DNA from: Dictyostelium discoideum
Taxonomy: Eukaryota
Assembly (NCBI GenBank): GCA_000004695.1
Contig: CM000154.2
Span: forward strand, 992,001-1,056,000
Length of the DNA: 64,000 bases
Reading direction: 5' to 3'
In this document: in pieces, positions 1 through 13,758 of the stretch
Layout: every line of letters starts with the position of its first letter
How positions within the stretch are numbered: the first letter of the stretch is position 1
Program-made: the position numbers and the translations under genes
Notes under the pieces: generated by a model
Databases searched by the model: none
Told to the model about the DNA's origin: nothing
Seen by the model: only the letters and a program-made list of their open reading frames with translations

Positions 1-452
1 TTTAATTATTTTAATTTTTATTATTATAATTTTTATTATTATTATTATTATAACTATATTTGAGAAAATAGCGTTTTTTTTAATTTTATGTGGTAAAATT
101 TAATTAAACCTTTTTTGGAGATATTTAGAATGAAAAAAAAAAAATAAAATTAAAAAATAAACAAAAAAAAAAAAAAAAAAAAATTTTGAAATTTACAAAG
201 TTTGGTATTTAAAAAAAAAAAAATAAAATAAATTAAAAAAAAAAAATAAATTAAAAAAAAAAACAAAATTAAAAAAAGACGAGCCGAGAAAAAGTTCAAG
301 TTTTTGTTTATATTTACCAGCCACTGACTGTTTTGTTTAGATTATTATGGTAATAAGATTATTAATAATTGATTATTTCTGACTTAATCTCATTACCATA
401 ATAATTAAATTAATTTTTTTTTTTTTTTTTTTTAATAATATTTTTTTACAAA

Positions 453-497
<45 letters not shown>

Positions 498-895
498 GAT
501 TTGTTTTAATTAATCAAAAAAAAAAAAAAAAAAAAAAAAATAATTATTTTTTATTTTATTTAATTTTTTTTTTTTATTTTTTTATTTTTTTTATAACAAT
601 GATTTAATTTTAATTATTTTAATATTAATTTAGTATAGATAAATAGAACACTCAAAAATACACAAAATAATATAAATAAAAAAATGAACCTATCCATTCC
701 GTTTCAAACAAAAATTTTATTTTATTTGTTAATATTTTTATTGTTTTTTCAAATTTAATGAAGCAAAACAAGTTTAAATTGATTGTTTGTGTTATTAATA
801 GTTGGTTCAATTAATTAGAACAATTAAACAAGAAAAAACAGTGTGCTTTTTTTTTTAAATTTTTTTTTTTCCCAAAAAAACAAAAACCCATTTAT

Positions 896-2678
896 TTATT
901 TATTTTTAATTTTTTTTTCAATTGCATATGAATCATGTTCTCTTAATAATTTTGAAAATTGTTCAACATCACCTTTATGTCTACTAATACTTTTTTGTAC
1001 ATTTGATATAAAATCAGGAGTCAAAACAATTTTTTGAGAAACACAAATTCTAAGAATCTCTAAACATTTCTCTGTATCTTTTGAGAATGAACTAATTATA
1101 CCTGAATAATGTTTTATATTTGGTCTATATTAAAAAAATAAAAATAAAAAAAAAATAAAAATAATTTCATAATTAATATCTAATAAAAAAAAAAATAAAA
1201 AAATCAATTAATCAATTAACACTTACGATATATTTAATTCTTTCATTTCTAATAATAATTCATAAACTTTAACATAATTTTTTAATTTTGAATAAGTTGA
1301 AATTAAAACTGAAAAAGATTCTTCATTTGGTTGTAAACTATAAGCAGACATATAATCAATGATTCTATTTATAATTATTTCTTCATCTAAATTTTCTTTT
1401 TTTGATATCTTTCTACAACTTGCAATTCTTAAACAAGTTCTAAACATGTTATTAACTAAATGAATATCTGGTCTAATATTTTTTGAAAAAATTTCTTCAA
1501 AAATTTCTAATGATTTATCAAACTTTATATATACATTTATTTTTTATATTATTAAAAATGATTATTAATAAATGAAAATAATAATAATAATACTAAAATT
1601 ATATTTATATACATACATCATCAATATTATTACAAGTTGATATTAAAATATCATAAGTTTTAGTATCAGGATTTAAATGTTGAGTAAAACGCATTTCTTT
1701 AAGAGTATCCCAAACTTGGAAAACACCAGAAGGATTCTTTGTTTGTTTACAAGCATTGAGTATAGTATTTATGAAATAACGATCAGGTGAAATTTGAGCC
1801 ATTTTAACTTTTTTAACTAAAGTCATATAAAAATCGATTTGTTTATTACCTTCTGCACGTAATTCATCCATTTCAGAGGTGTTTTTATTTGGTTTATTTA
1901 ATTCCTTTATTAATTCTTTTTTATTTAAATAATTATCTGCTAAATATTTCTCACTGATTGCTTTAATCCAAGTTGTGTAGCTTGTTATGTCTGGTCTAAT
2001 TCCAGAATCTTTCATTTTATCAATCATAGTGATGGCTTGATCATTATTGCCAATGGTGATCATTGTTTTCATTAAGATATTGAAAAAGTTTATTGAGACT
2101 GGTACTTGATATTTATCGATTTCTTCAATGATTTTATTGACTCTTTCTTGGATTTTGTTTGAGTCAATACTAGTTGAATGATTACAAATGTCCACCAAAT
2201 TACCAAACACGTGAATACTAGGTTTGATATTATCTTTTTTCATATCATTATAGATTTTCCATGATTGATTGAATTTATGTGCTTTTGAACATGCAAATAT
2301 TAATTTATCATATGCATATGCCGTTCTTCTTTCTGGCATACGTCTTGCAACTTGTAACATTCTATCGACATCACCACGATCTGCTAATTTTTCAAAATAT
2401 TGTTTCAATGACAATGATCTATCTTGTGGATCTCTTTCCATAATATGTGAGTTATTAAATTTCTTTACAACTAAACTATTCTCTGTTGAATGATCATTAT
2501 TATTATTATTATTCTTAATTTTTATCTTTGTTTCTTTAATTTCATTTATATTTTTTATATTTTCTTTAGGTTTCGTTATAATTGTTGGTATTGATTTATT
2601 ACTTCCATAATTCCTAATAACATTTTTAATTAAAAAACTATAATTTATAATTTTAAATGATTTATTTAGATTTAACAT
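896..2678 (-). CDS. Pentatricopeptide-repeat (PPR) protein, probably mitochondrial; 3 exons (2678-1617, 1522-1227, 1124-896)
   Basis: The ATG lies at 2676-2678. Repeated ~35-aa helical motifs are visible, for example 'YDKLIFACSKAHKFNQSWKIYNDMKKDNIKPSIHVFGNLVDIC', 'ITMIDKMKDSGIRPDITSYTTWIKAIS' and 'LEIFEEIFSKNIRPDIHLVNNMFRTC'. Donor 'gat gat|GTATGT' sits at 1616; acceptor 'tataaAG' at 1523. Donor 'tc|GTAAGT' sits at 1226; acceptor 'atatAG' at 1125. The frame stays open across both junctions and ends in TAA near 896. Confidence 0.7.
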
Positions 2679-2875
2679 TTATTAATATTTTATTTATTTG
2701 ATAAAAAAAAAAAAAAAAAAAAAATTAATGAAAAAAAAAAAAAATTAAAAAAACGAATAAAAAAAAACGAATCAAACTATTTTTTATTTTTTTTTTTTTT
2801 TTTTTTAATTTCAGCAATATGCAAAATTATTTATTTTATTAATATTATTTTATACAATTTTTTTTTTTTTTATCT

Positions 2876-3849
2876 TTATTGAATACTAAGAAATGTTCCT
2901 TTTTTGATATTAATTGGATCATCAATGAGAATTGTATCTAAAATTTCATTTTTGCTATATGAACCACCAATTATTAGTGTGTAAGTTTTATTTCTTGCTA
3001 CTTTAATTGCGGAATCCAATTTTGCTTTCATACCACCTGTAACATCTTTTGAGTTACTATCTAAAGTTAATTTAATATTATCATTATTATTATTATTGTT
3101 ATTATTATCACAACCATCAATTTCTGAAACTTTAATATTACTTAATAGTTGAGCATTTTCATTTTCTTTTGGATTTGAATCATATACACCATTAACATCA
3201 CTAACATATATACATTTATTTGGTTTTAATTTATAACATAATTCTCTTATTATTGTATCACCACTTATTATTGTACAACCTAAAGTATTATCACTAATTT
3301 AAATAAAAATAAAAATTAGTATTTATTGATTATTAATTATTGATTATTGATTGTTGATTATTGTTTATATACATACAGACAAACATCACCATGTAAAATT
3401 GGTATAATTTTTGGGAAATGATTTAAACTAAAATTAATATTATCAATATTATCTTGAACTACATTATCACCACCATTATTAGTTCTCCATGATGAAAATG
3501 GTGACATTGAACAAACGTTTAGTCCATTGTTTACCAATTCTTTCTTTACAATATCTAATAGAGTTGTTACTGATTCTCTAGTTCTTAAAATACCTTCACA
3601 AAGAAATTTATTATCACCACAATTACTTGAAAGACCATATTTAACTTTATATTGATTGGCTGAATGATGTCCAAATGATCCTGCACCAATAATAAGTATA
3701 ATTTTATGATTATAATCAATTGATAGCGTTTTGATAATATAAACTAAATTATCAATGTTCTCTTTCCAAATTGTTTCTAATTTATCTTTTTTACTAATAT
3801 AAGCCCCCCCAAATTTAATTATAATTAATTGTTGTTTATTTTCTTGCAT
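2876..3849 (-). CDS. Isopentenyl phosphate kinase-like amino-acid-kinase family protein; 2 exons (3849-3377, 3293-2876)
   Basis: N-terminal 'QLIIIKFGGAYISKKDK' is the Gly-rich amino-acid-kinase motif. 'IIGAGSFGHHSANQYK' matches the catalytic GSFGH histidine motif of the IPK/FomA family. Exon 2 carries 'DVTGGMKAKLDSAIKVARNKTYTLIIGG'. Donor 'ct|GTATGT' is at 3376 and acceptor 'aattAG' at 3294. The reading frame is continuous across the junction (…GDVCL|DNTLGCTIISGDT…). Confidence 0.75.
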
Positions 3850-3879
3850 TTATTTATTTATTTAATTATTTATTTATTT

Positions 3880-3932
<53 letters not shown>

Positions 3933-4656
3933 TCTATTTATCTTTTTATCTATTTATCTATATCTCTATTTATTTATTTATTTATTATTGTTTATTTATT
4001 TTATTAATATCACAATTTTTTTTTTAATTTATAAAGAAAATTTTTTTTTTTTTTTTTTTTTTTCAAAATTTTTTTTTTTTTATTTTAAAATCTTTACAAC
4101 AATTTCCAAAAGAGTAAAAGTTAAATTGGGAAAAAAAAAAAAAATTAATTAATGATTTTTTTGAATGGCTTAAATGATTTTGATTTACAGCAATTTCCAA
4201 AAGAGTAAAGTTAAATTGGGAAAAAAAAAAAAAAAAAAAAAATGATTTATAGTAAAAAATAAATAAACAATAATTGTGTTAAAATGGAAATATCAAAAAA
4301 GAAATAATTAAAAAAACGGTTAAAAAAAAAAAATTTGAAAAAGTTTGAAAAATTTTTTTTAAAAAAAAAAAAAAAAACTTTGATTTGTTTTGAAAACAAA
4401 TTATTTATTTTTTCAAAAAAAAAAAAATTAAACCAAAAAAAAAAATTTCAAAATCAAATTAAAATATGTGTATCATTAAAAACTTGGAATATAACTATTA
4501 AAATTTTTAAAAAATAAGTTAAACCCACTATTCAAAAAACAGACAAAAAGTCAAAAAAAAAAAAAAATAAAAATAAAAATTTATTAAATTAAATTAAATT
4601 AAAATAAAATAAAATAAAATAAAATAAAATAAATAAAATAAAATAAACTTTTAACC

Positions 4657-4833
4657 ATGATTGCAAACAAGGATAAAGTTTATATTTATGACGTTTATTC
4701 TTACTTTGAGGATATAGATTATGATAATATTAAAAATAATAAAAATAATAATAATAATAAAAGTGTATTAATAAATAGTAGTAACAACAACAATAACAAT
4801 AACAATAATAACAACAACAACAACAACAACAAC

Positions 4834-4921
<88 letters not shown>

Positions 4922-5440
4922 GTTATATTGAACCAAATTTATTGTCATATTATGAAGAAAAAGAAAGTGTAAATAGTAAAAGTGGTAATAATAATTATAA
5001 TAATAGTAAAAATAAGATTCAGCTTCAACATAGAGAAATTAAAATAGGATCATATATAAATACAGAGGTTAATTATAAACAGGTTAATAGTGATAGTAGT
5101 AATAGTAATAATAATAATAATAATAGTTATCAAGATAATTTACCAATTAGTAGTTATCAAGAAAATATAGATGATGATGGTGGGAGTAATGAATATGAAG
5201 AAGAAAGAGAAGAAGAACAATATGATATTGAACCAAATAGTAATATTATTAATAGTGATGCAAAAACTATAAATTACACACCTGATATTTATTCACCACC
5301 TGTAAATAATTCAAATCGGAGTAGTATAAATAATAATAATAATAATTTTAATGCAACACATCAACCAATAATTATTAATAATAATAATAATAATAATCAA
5401 CAACAAAAACAACAATATCATCAACAATATCATCATCATC

Positions 5441-5506
<66 letters not shown>

Positions 5507-8500
5507 ATCAACAATATCAACAACAATTATTAAATTCATCAAATTTAATATCACAATTAAATAGATATTGTGGAAAGAGTAAAGATTATAAAGGTAAAGA
5601 TTGGAATGGTGAATTTCAAACGTTATTAACTCAAGAGAATAGTGAACAAAAGTTTAGAAAATTATCAAATTTAGCAAAGGATTTTGTTTCAACTGCAAAA
5701 TCATATGCAACCGTTATTATCAATGAATTATGTGTACCATTGGAGATGAAAACTATTAAACCTGTTGAAATTGGTGGATTTGCAGGTGGATTGAAATATC
5801 ATTGTCATGGTATACTATTTAAGTTTGCAATGGATACATTGTTGAATAAGGAATGTTGGATGTATGGTGGTACCACCCAAGGTGGACCAAGGGATGACTT
5901 TGCAGCCAAAGCAGCATCTAACGAATTGAAAGGATTGGTTAGTTATTATATGGCGGGTGTTCCAGGATTGAATTACCCATTGATGGCATTAATCGATTAC
6001 AAAGGGTTCCGATTGATTGCACTGTCGGTATTGCCCATTTCAAGTGACACCATCAAGTATGGATCCTCCGATAGCGGTTCAACCGTGCACAATTCAATAC
6101 CCGACCTTAACGAGAAAATGAAAGAAGCAGGAAGGAAATTAAATTTAAAATCGCATAGAGTTGGCTCGATAGCCGACCAATCGAATATTCTCTCCTCACC
6201 TGGTGATATTGAAGCTCATTTAGGTGAGGATAAAAGATATTATGTAATCGACTTTAGTCGTACCTTCCCACCAGAATCAATTACAAAACAACCAAATCTA
6301 AATAAAAGAAGTATTTTCTATAATCTACTTAGACCAGAGTTTGTAAGTAAATGGAAAGTGCCACTTTGTAGTGACTCTTTCTCTGGTTGGCAAAGAAATG
6401 ACCCAAACAAATTAACACACAATAAAGAAGTTATTGAAGCAACTGAATATTTAGTTAATGATTTGGTGAAACAATGCGCTGCAAGATTAGATAGTCAAGA
6501 TAAAGATGGTATAGTTAAAACCAAGCAAAATCAACAAACCTCTCAAATTTCATCTGCATCATCAACCACTGTAAAACTTGAATTACCTTCAGATTTTAAT
6601 GAAATTAAAAATAATTTTGCAAAGAAATTCTTACCAATTTTTCAAAAAAGATTTGAAAATATCTCTTTAAATTTTCAAGATAGTCCAACAACTCAAAATG
6701 AATTTGAATCTTCAATAAATTATAATTTATTTAATTCAATTGATTCAACAACATCTTCTTCACAATCTTCAAATTTAAATAGTAATAATAGTAACAATAA
6801 TAATAATCAAAGTAATATTTCACCAACTACTAAATCTGTTAATAATACAACTACAACTACAACTACAACTACAACAACTACAACTACTACTGCAACCACT
6901 ACAAATACAAATGATAACAACACTAATAACAACACTAATAATAATAATAATAATAATACAATGAAATTTAAACCAATGAATCCAATAAAGAATGAAGTAC
7001 CACAACAATTATCAAGAATTATTGAAGAAATGCATAGAATGGGTATTAATATTAGACATATGGGTAGAGTTAGATTTTATTCAAAATCAAAAGCAATTAG
7101 AGATTTATTATTAATGGAGATGGCAGCAAGATCAATTAAAACAATCATTAGAAATGAAATGAGATTAAAAATGAAAGAAGAACAAGGTTCAGAAGAACCA
7201 TTCAAAGAGATTGTAATTGAAATCTTTAATTCAGTATTAGATATTCAATCACCACTTTGGAAAAGAATTTTAGAATCTATAAAATCAAAATATTTTATGG
7301 CATTTTTAAAATTAAATGATGATAATGATAATAGTGATAATAGTGATGATGATGATAATAATAATAATGATGATAGTAGTATAATTGATAATGATAGTGA
7401 AGAGAAACAACAACAACAACAATCATCATCACCACCAACACCACAAGATGATGATAATAAATCAATAATATCATCAGTTTATTCAATGGGTAGTAAAATG
7501 AAAGAAGACATTGATGAGAATTGGATGGAAGGTATTAATTTAAAGAACTTAATTGATAGATTACAATTGTTAAGTGGTATTTCATTTTCACAGATGGCAC
7601 AGTACGAATTTGCAAGGGATCCATTTAGATTTCAATTTGTTGATTCAGATATTCAAGAGATTAGTGCAAATGTGAAACATATGAATATCATTGATTATGC
7701 TGAGGGTATGGCATTGTCAATGTCATCGAAATCAAAATTTGGTAGAGATAGATTAAGATTATTGAAAATGTCTGCACACAAATTCCAAATCTCATTAAAA
7801 AGTAATCCAGATAATTTCAATTGTATGTGTCAATTAGGTAGAACATTAATTCAACAAGCAGAGACATTATCACAAATCACTGGTATGTTGGGTAAAAATC
7901 TTTATCTAAAGACATTGGAAGATGGAATTTTAAAATTTTTAGATGCTCTATCAATAGCTCCAAATTTTACACCTGCCCATTATGAATTGGCTCATGTTTA
8001 TATTTTATTAGCACAATATTATCAATTGAACCTATATAAATCTTCAAAATATTATAAAAATGCATCTCATCATTTTATGAAAGCAATTGAAACTTTTGAA
8101 ATTAATAAAAATAATTATTTAAATAATAGTGGTAATGGTATTGGTGGTAGTGGTGGTGGTGGTGGTAGTAGTGGAGATAATTGTAATAATGATTTCGAAT
8201 CTGATTACTATTTTTTAAAAAATCAAAAAAATCAAGAAGAAGAAGAGGAAGAAGAAGATAAAAATGAAGAAAAAGAAGAAGATATTTTAAATGGTAATAA
8301 AGTTAAAAAAACAATTATTAAAGATATTGAATTATTATTTAAAAAAGGTATTGAAGGTTCATCAAGTTATATTATTGGTGTTTCAATAATTTGTCAAGCA
8401 TTAGAGAAATTATTTCCAAATGATTCAGAGATTTTATTATTGTTGGGTAAATCTTATATTTATAGACCTTATTATGATGATGGTAGCGCCAATGGTAAAT

Positions 8501-11192
8501 CTAAAGCAAAAGATTATCAATATCAAAATAATAAAGAATTCTATTATAAAGAGGCAACAAATGATTTCCATAGAGTATTATTAATAAATATTGAATTAAA
8601 GCATAAAGTTTTTGAAGTTGCTCATGATATTTGGTTAAAGAGTAAAACTGGTAATCGTAAATTATATTATCCCGCTGCAAATATATTTAGATTACTAATT
8701 AAAGAGAATTTTTATCGTGAAAATAAAGTTTATTCAATGTATGCTGATTCATTATTAGAAATTTTAAAAATGGAATTTAATCCACCACCACAACAATCAT
8801 TACCTAAATCATCATCATCATCATCATCATCATCAACAAGAACAACATCAACACCATCACCATCGTCGCCATCACCATCGCCATCAATTGAAAATTCACC
8901 AATTTTAAAATCAACACCATCATTACCATTAACATCAATATCATCAATGACACCAACACCAATGATACAACCAACTTTACCATCTGGATATTTATCAGAA
9001 TCAACTATACTTTTTGAACATTTATTTACAATTGGTAATCAATATATAATTGATAAATTTGAATCATCAATGGTGAATCAACGTGAAGAAATTTGTGATT
9101 TTATAAAGATGTCAAATCATTCAAAATTAATAAAGAATAAGTTAATTGAAATTTCAAAAACAAAGAAATTAATTAAACTGGATTTAAGTAGGACATTAAT
9201 TGGTGATCAAGATTTAAATTCAGTTGGTGAAATATTTGGTAACCAGTTGGAGGATTTAGATCTTTCACATTGTCCTTTAATTAGTGATTTCGGAGTTTCA
9301 GAATTTCTTTCAACTTTTGGTTTAAAATCATTACAATCCTTATCATTGGCTGGTAATTTAATTGCTGATAAAACCATTCAAATCATTTCAAATTTTTGTC
9401 CACAAATTCAAAGATTAGATATTCACAATTGTACATTTATAAACTCTGAATCATTATCTTTACTTTGTCAAATTTCAAAATTAAAAAATTTAAATTTATC
9501 AAAATGTAAAGTTTCAAATGATAATATTTTATCATTTTATCAACCAATCCCACAACAATCTCAACAACAACCTCAACTTCAACAACCTCAACAAATTCAA
9601 TCACCACAACAACCAAATTTACAAAAACAATTATCATTTAATAATGGAATAACACAACAAATTCAATCACCACCACCACCACCACCACAACAACAACAAC
9701 AACCATATATTAATAATCAATTATTTGAATTAATAATTAGAAATCAAAGTAGAATATCAGATGAAGGATTTAAAAGATTTCAATCATGGCATTGTTTAAA
9801 GATTTTAGATTTATCAGGTTGTTCAAAAGTATCGGATAATATATTTTTAAAGTTACCAAAATGTTTAAATCTTGAACAATTGATATTGGAAGCATGTTAT
9901 AATTTAACCGATGTATCAGTTATTGGATTTTCACAACAAATGCCAAATCTTTGGAAACTTTCATTAAAAGGTTGTAAATTTATTACTGATAGATCAATCG
10001 ATAGTTTAACAAATAATTGTAAAAAGATTAAAGATTTGAAATTATCACGTTGTCATTCATTAACCAATGAATCAGTGGAATGGATTGCAAATAGAATCAA
10101 TTTAACATTGGAAAGAATCGATTTATCAATGTGTCCACAAATTGCAGAATCAGCATTAATTCAAATTTTAGAGAGATGTGATCAACTTTCTTCAATAAAC
10201 TTTTCAGAGAATCCAAAAGTTTCCGATGATTTAATTACGGTTATCAATGAAAGGTTCCCGAATCTTGTTGATCTTAGATTGGATTCTTGTGGTAAAATCT
10301 CATCGGATGGTTTAAATCTTTCAAATTTAATTCAATTGAAAACTTTATCAATTATAAAATCACAAATTTATCATAACTCATTATCATTGTTAACATGTAC
10401 TCTATTGAATTTAACAAGTTTATCTTTGAAAGGTTGTTTCCAGTTAACTGACACTTCCTTCTTTTCCATTGGTCAATTGAAACAATTGGAAAGTTTAGAT
10501 CTATCAGAAAACTATAGATTATTAGATAGTTCAATGGTTTACATTTGTAGAAATTTAACAAAGTTAAAACGTTTGGATATCTCCTCTTGTTTACGTTTAA
10601 CCACTAAAACCTTTTTCTTGATTGGCAAGTATCTAACTAAAATCAGTGAATTGGTCCTCTCAGGTTGTGGTAATCTCAATGATGCTTCTCTAATTTATAT
10701 CTCTGAGAATCTATTGGCAATTCAACAATTGGATATATCAGGTTGTCAAATGATCACTGATAAAGGTATAGCTTCTTTGGCAAATAATCAAGTTCATCTT
10801 CAAGTGGTATCTTTAAAGGATTGTAATTCAATCTCTCAACAATCAATTGATATACTTAAAACTAAATGTCCCCTTTTTAAATTGGTACGTTTATCTTTAC
10901 ATTCTTTACCATTGGTTGGCGAATTAATGAATTCTCCAACAACTGATATCCTAAAACCAATCAATTTCAATGTTGGTACAACTGAAGAATGGAAACAAAT
11001 CTCTTTAGAAAAAAGAAAAAAAGAAATGGAAAGAAAAGAAAAAGAAAAACAAAAAGAAAAAGAAAAAGCTTTAGCTCCAAAATATTTAGATTTTAATAAT
11101 GAAAAATTAACTTATCATAAAATTTTAAATTATAAAAATGATAATTTAAAATTAGATCCGATGCATTTAGAAGTAAGTTTTAATTTTTTTTT

Positions 11193-11232
<40 letters not shown>

Positions 11233-11385
11233 AATTCTAATTCTAATTCATTAATTTATTTATTATTATAGAAATATCTTAAAGAAGATGAATTTATTAG
11301 AATATTCCAAGTTAAAATTGAAAATTTTAATTTATTACCATTATGGCAAAGAAATGAAAGAAAGAGGTTAAATGGATTATTTTAA
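4657..11385 (+). CDS. Large (~2.2 kaa) CLU central-domain protein with N-terminal poly-Asn/poly-Gln, central TPR-like helices and C-terminal cysteine-containing leucine-rich repeats; exons 4657-11172 and 11272-11385
   Basis: The ATG is at 4657. CLU central-domain motifs are present: 'IDYKGFRLIALSVLPI', 'KYGSSDSGSTV' and 'HLGEDKRYYVIDFSRTFPPE'. LRR_cc units appear as 'LKILDLSGCSKVSD', 'LEQLILEACYNLTD', 'LKLSRCHSLTN', 'IDLSMCPQIAE' and 'LRLDSCGKISS'. Donor 'gaa|GTAAGT' is at 11173 and acceptor 'tattatAG' at 11271. The short last exon ends '…KRLNGLF*'. Confidence 0.75.
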
Positions 11386-11466
11386 AAATAAAATAAAATA
11401 AAAAATGATAAGAGTTGTGTATATATAATTAAATTAAATTAAATTAAATTAAATTAAATTAAATTA

Positions 11467-11511
<45 letters not shown>

Positions 11512-11619
11512 TATTAAATAATAAAAATAAAATTAATTTATATTTTATAAAAAAAAAAAATTAAAATTATTTTGAATAAATAAAATTATAAATCGTTAAA
11601 ATGTTTTTATTTAAATGTA

Positions 11620-12488
11620 TCAATAATTAATAAAAGTTAGAAATAATATAATAAATAATAATACAAAATTATTTAAAAATAATGAATGATTATTTAAAAT
11701 TGAATTTGAATTTCCATAATAAGTTGGAGCAGTGAGAAATCCTAATTCACCTAAATAGAAACTTATATTTCCATATGGAGTTAACTGAATTGCTAATGAT
11801 AATGTTGGAGATGAATCTAATACCATATTAGTTTCACAATCTATAAAAACAAAATCCAATAAATCACAATCCATTTTTGTACCTTCAAAACATTTATCTC
11901 TAATTACAACTGATACACCATCTGGTTTATATTTACCAATTTGAATTGGATTATTTCTAATAATAATAATAATAATAATAATAAAATTATAATAATAATT
12001 AGTATTGGTAATAATTATTATTTTTGGAAAATAAAAATTAATTTATTGAAAAAAAAAATAAAATAAAATAAATATTTATAATTAACTTACCCTTCTGAAA
12101 TTACACAATAATCTTTTTCAATATAATTAACTCTTTCATGAACAATTTTTGTACCATTAATACACTCATCAAATTTATAATAAATTTTACAATCGTCAGA
12201 GTCGCAATCACAATTTTCAGAGACATAACAATCAGCATCTGTTTTATTACCCATTGATGATCTTTCACATGTTAATTTTGCAAAATGAAACCATAATGTT
12301 CTGAAACAATATTCATTCGATGCAATTAATGCTCTTTGATAATATAATTCACCTGTACAATCTGGATATTGATATTGTTTATATACATATTGTTTCTTTG
12401 AAAAACATTTATTTATATGAAATATATTTATTAATAAATATAATATTACAAGATATTGGAAATTTTTATTATTAAAATGAACTTTCAT
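11620..12488 (-). CDS. Cys-rich secreted protein with an N-terminal signal peptide and a C-terminal hydrophobic tail (GPI-anchor-like); exons 12488-12091 and 11956-11620
   Basis: The N-terminus 'MKVHFNNKNFQYLVILYLLINIFHI' has a hydrophobic core. About 14 Cys residues occur in the mature part. The C-terminus reads '…GNSNSILNNHSLFLNNFVLLFIILFLTFINY*', small residues followed by a hydrophobic tail, which is typical of a GPI attachment signal. Donor 'gg|GTAAGT' is at 12090 and acceptor 'tattAG' at 11957, in phase. Confidence 0.6.
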
Positions 12489-12724
12489 TTATTTTATTTA
12501 TAAAACTATTGATTATTTAATTTTTATTTTTTATTTTTATTATTATTACTATTTCTATTATTAAAAGTTTTTTTTTATTGTTGTTGTATTTTTTTTATTG
12601 CTGTTGTAATTTTTTTTATTTTTTATTTTTTGTATTTTTTTTTTTTTTTTTTTTGAGTGCGAGTGTGTGAGTATATATATATATATTTATATAAAGGGTG
12701 TTTGGGAAAAAAATTAAAAAAAAA

Positions 12725-13111
12725 TGTGTTATTTCGTTGAAAGAATTATCAAAAAAATTAATGATAATAATTTTAATTTTACAAACAAAAAAAAATAATT
12801 ATAATAATTAAAGGAAAAAAAAAAAAATCTTAATTTTTTAAATAAAAAAAATTAAGTTGGATAATAAGATTAAGATTTTCAAAGTTTGTTGTTTTAAATT
12901 TGGTTCTTAAAAAAAGTAAAAAATAAAAAAAAAAAAGATTTAAAATATAAAATATAAAATATAAAATATAAAATATAAAATATAAAAATTTATATTGATA
13001 ATAAAAATAATAAAAATAATAATAATAAATTTGAATAAATAAAAAAAATAATTAATTTTAAATAAATAAAAAAAAAACAATTAATTTAAATATATAAAAA
13101 ATAATAATTTG

Positions 13112-13143
<32 letters not shown>

Positions 13144-13615
13144 TTAAATAAAAAAAATAATAAGAAAAAAGAATGATAAATAAAACTTAACTGAATCCAT
13201 TTATGATGTTTTTTTTTCTTTCCATTAGTGGTACTTCTATCTCACAAAAATAATTATAATTTATACCCCCACCCTCAAACCCACACCCACACCAAAAAAT
13301 ATTAATATGATACATATAATCAACATTCAGTTAATATCAATGCCAATTCATATGTGCTATTTTTAAAAACAACCAAAAAAAACAAAAAAAAAAAAAAAAC
13401 CATGAATTATTTTGTGTGAGTGTGGTTTGAGGGTGTTTGGCATTTAAAATAATTGTTTTTTATCGACAAATTACAAAGAAAAATAATTTAAATTTTTAAA
13501 ACATGTATAAAAAAAAAAAAAAAAAGTTATAATCTAATATCTCAAATTTATACATATTTTAATGACATTGAAATTCAAGATTAAATTTTTTATATCGAAT
13601 TTGGGGATTAAAAAT
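12725..13615. repeat. Copy set 1 of a dispersed repeat mosaic: segment A (12725-12790), segment B (13190-13445, internally palindromic), segment C (13495-13615)
   Basis: A is repeated directly at 15228-15292 ('ttcgttgaaagaattat.caaaaaa.ttaat.ataataattttaattttacaaacaaaaaaaaa'). B recurs as an inverted copy at 15345-15600, for example 'cttaactgaatccatttatgatgtttttttttctttccattagtggtactt' against the reverse complement of 'agtactactaatgggaagaaaaaaaacatcattaatggattcagttaag'. C is repeated directly at 15745-15860 ('gttataatctaat.tctcaaatttataca…ttgaaattcaagattaaa'). The segments contain no ORF. Confidence 0.7.
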
Positions 13616-13720
13616 AAAAAAAATAAAAAAAAAAAAATGTCTTTATTGTGCAATAATTTATTTTTATTTTTTTCTATTTTTACCCTGTTTGTTTTTTTTT
13701 TTATGAAAATAATATTTGGT

Positions 13721-13758
<38 letters not shown>

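Noticed and set aside
843-1037. 64-aa plus-strand ORF
   Set aside because: It lies antisense to the last exon of the PPR gene (896-1124, minus), and its protein is low-complexity F/L-rich.
4730-4948. Antisense 'ORFs' translating to poly-Tyr/Cys, poly-Leu, poly-Ile etc. (also 5311-5526, 6820-7008, 7295-7486, 16171-16491, 25001-25309, 27205-27408, 51453-51653, 54413-55453, 59333-59666, 60062-60547)
   Set aside because: They are the reverse strand or shifted frames of AAT/CAA/GAA codon repeats inside the real genes. They have extreme single-residue composition and no start context, and sit opposite well-supported coding frames.
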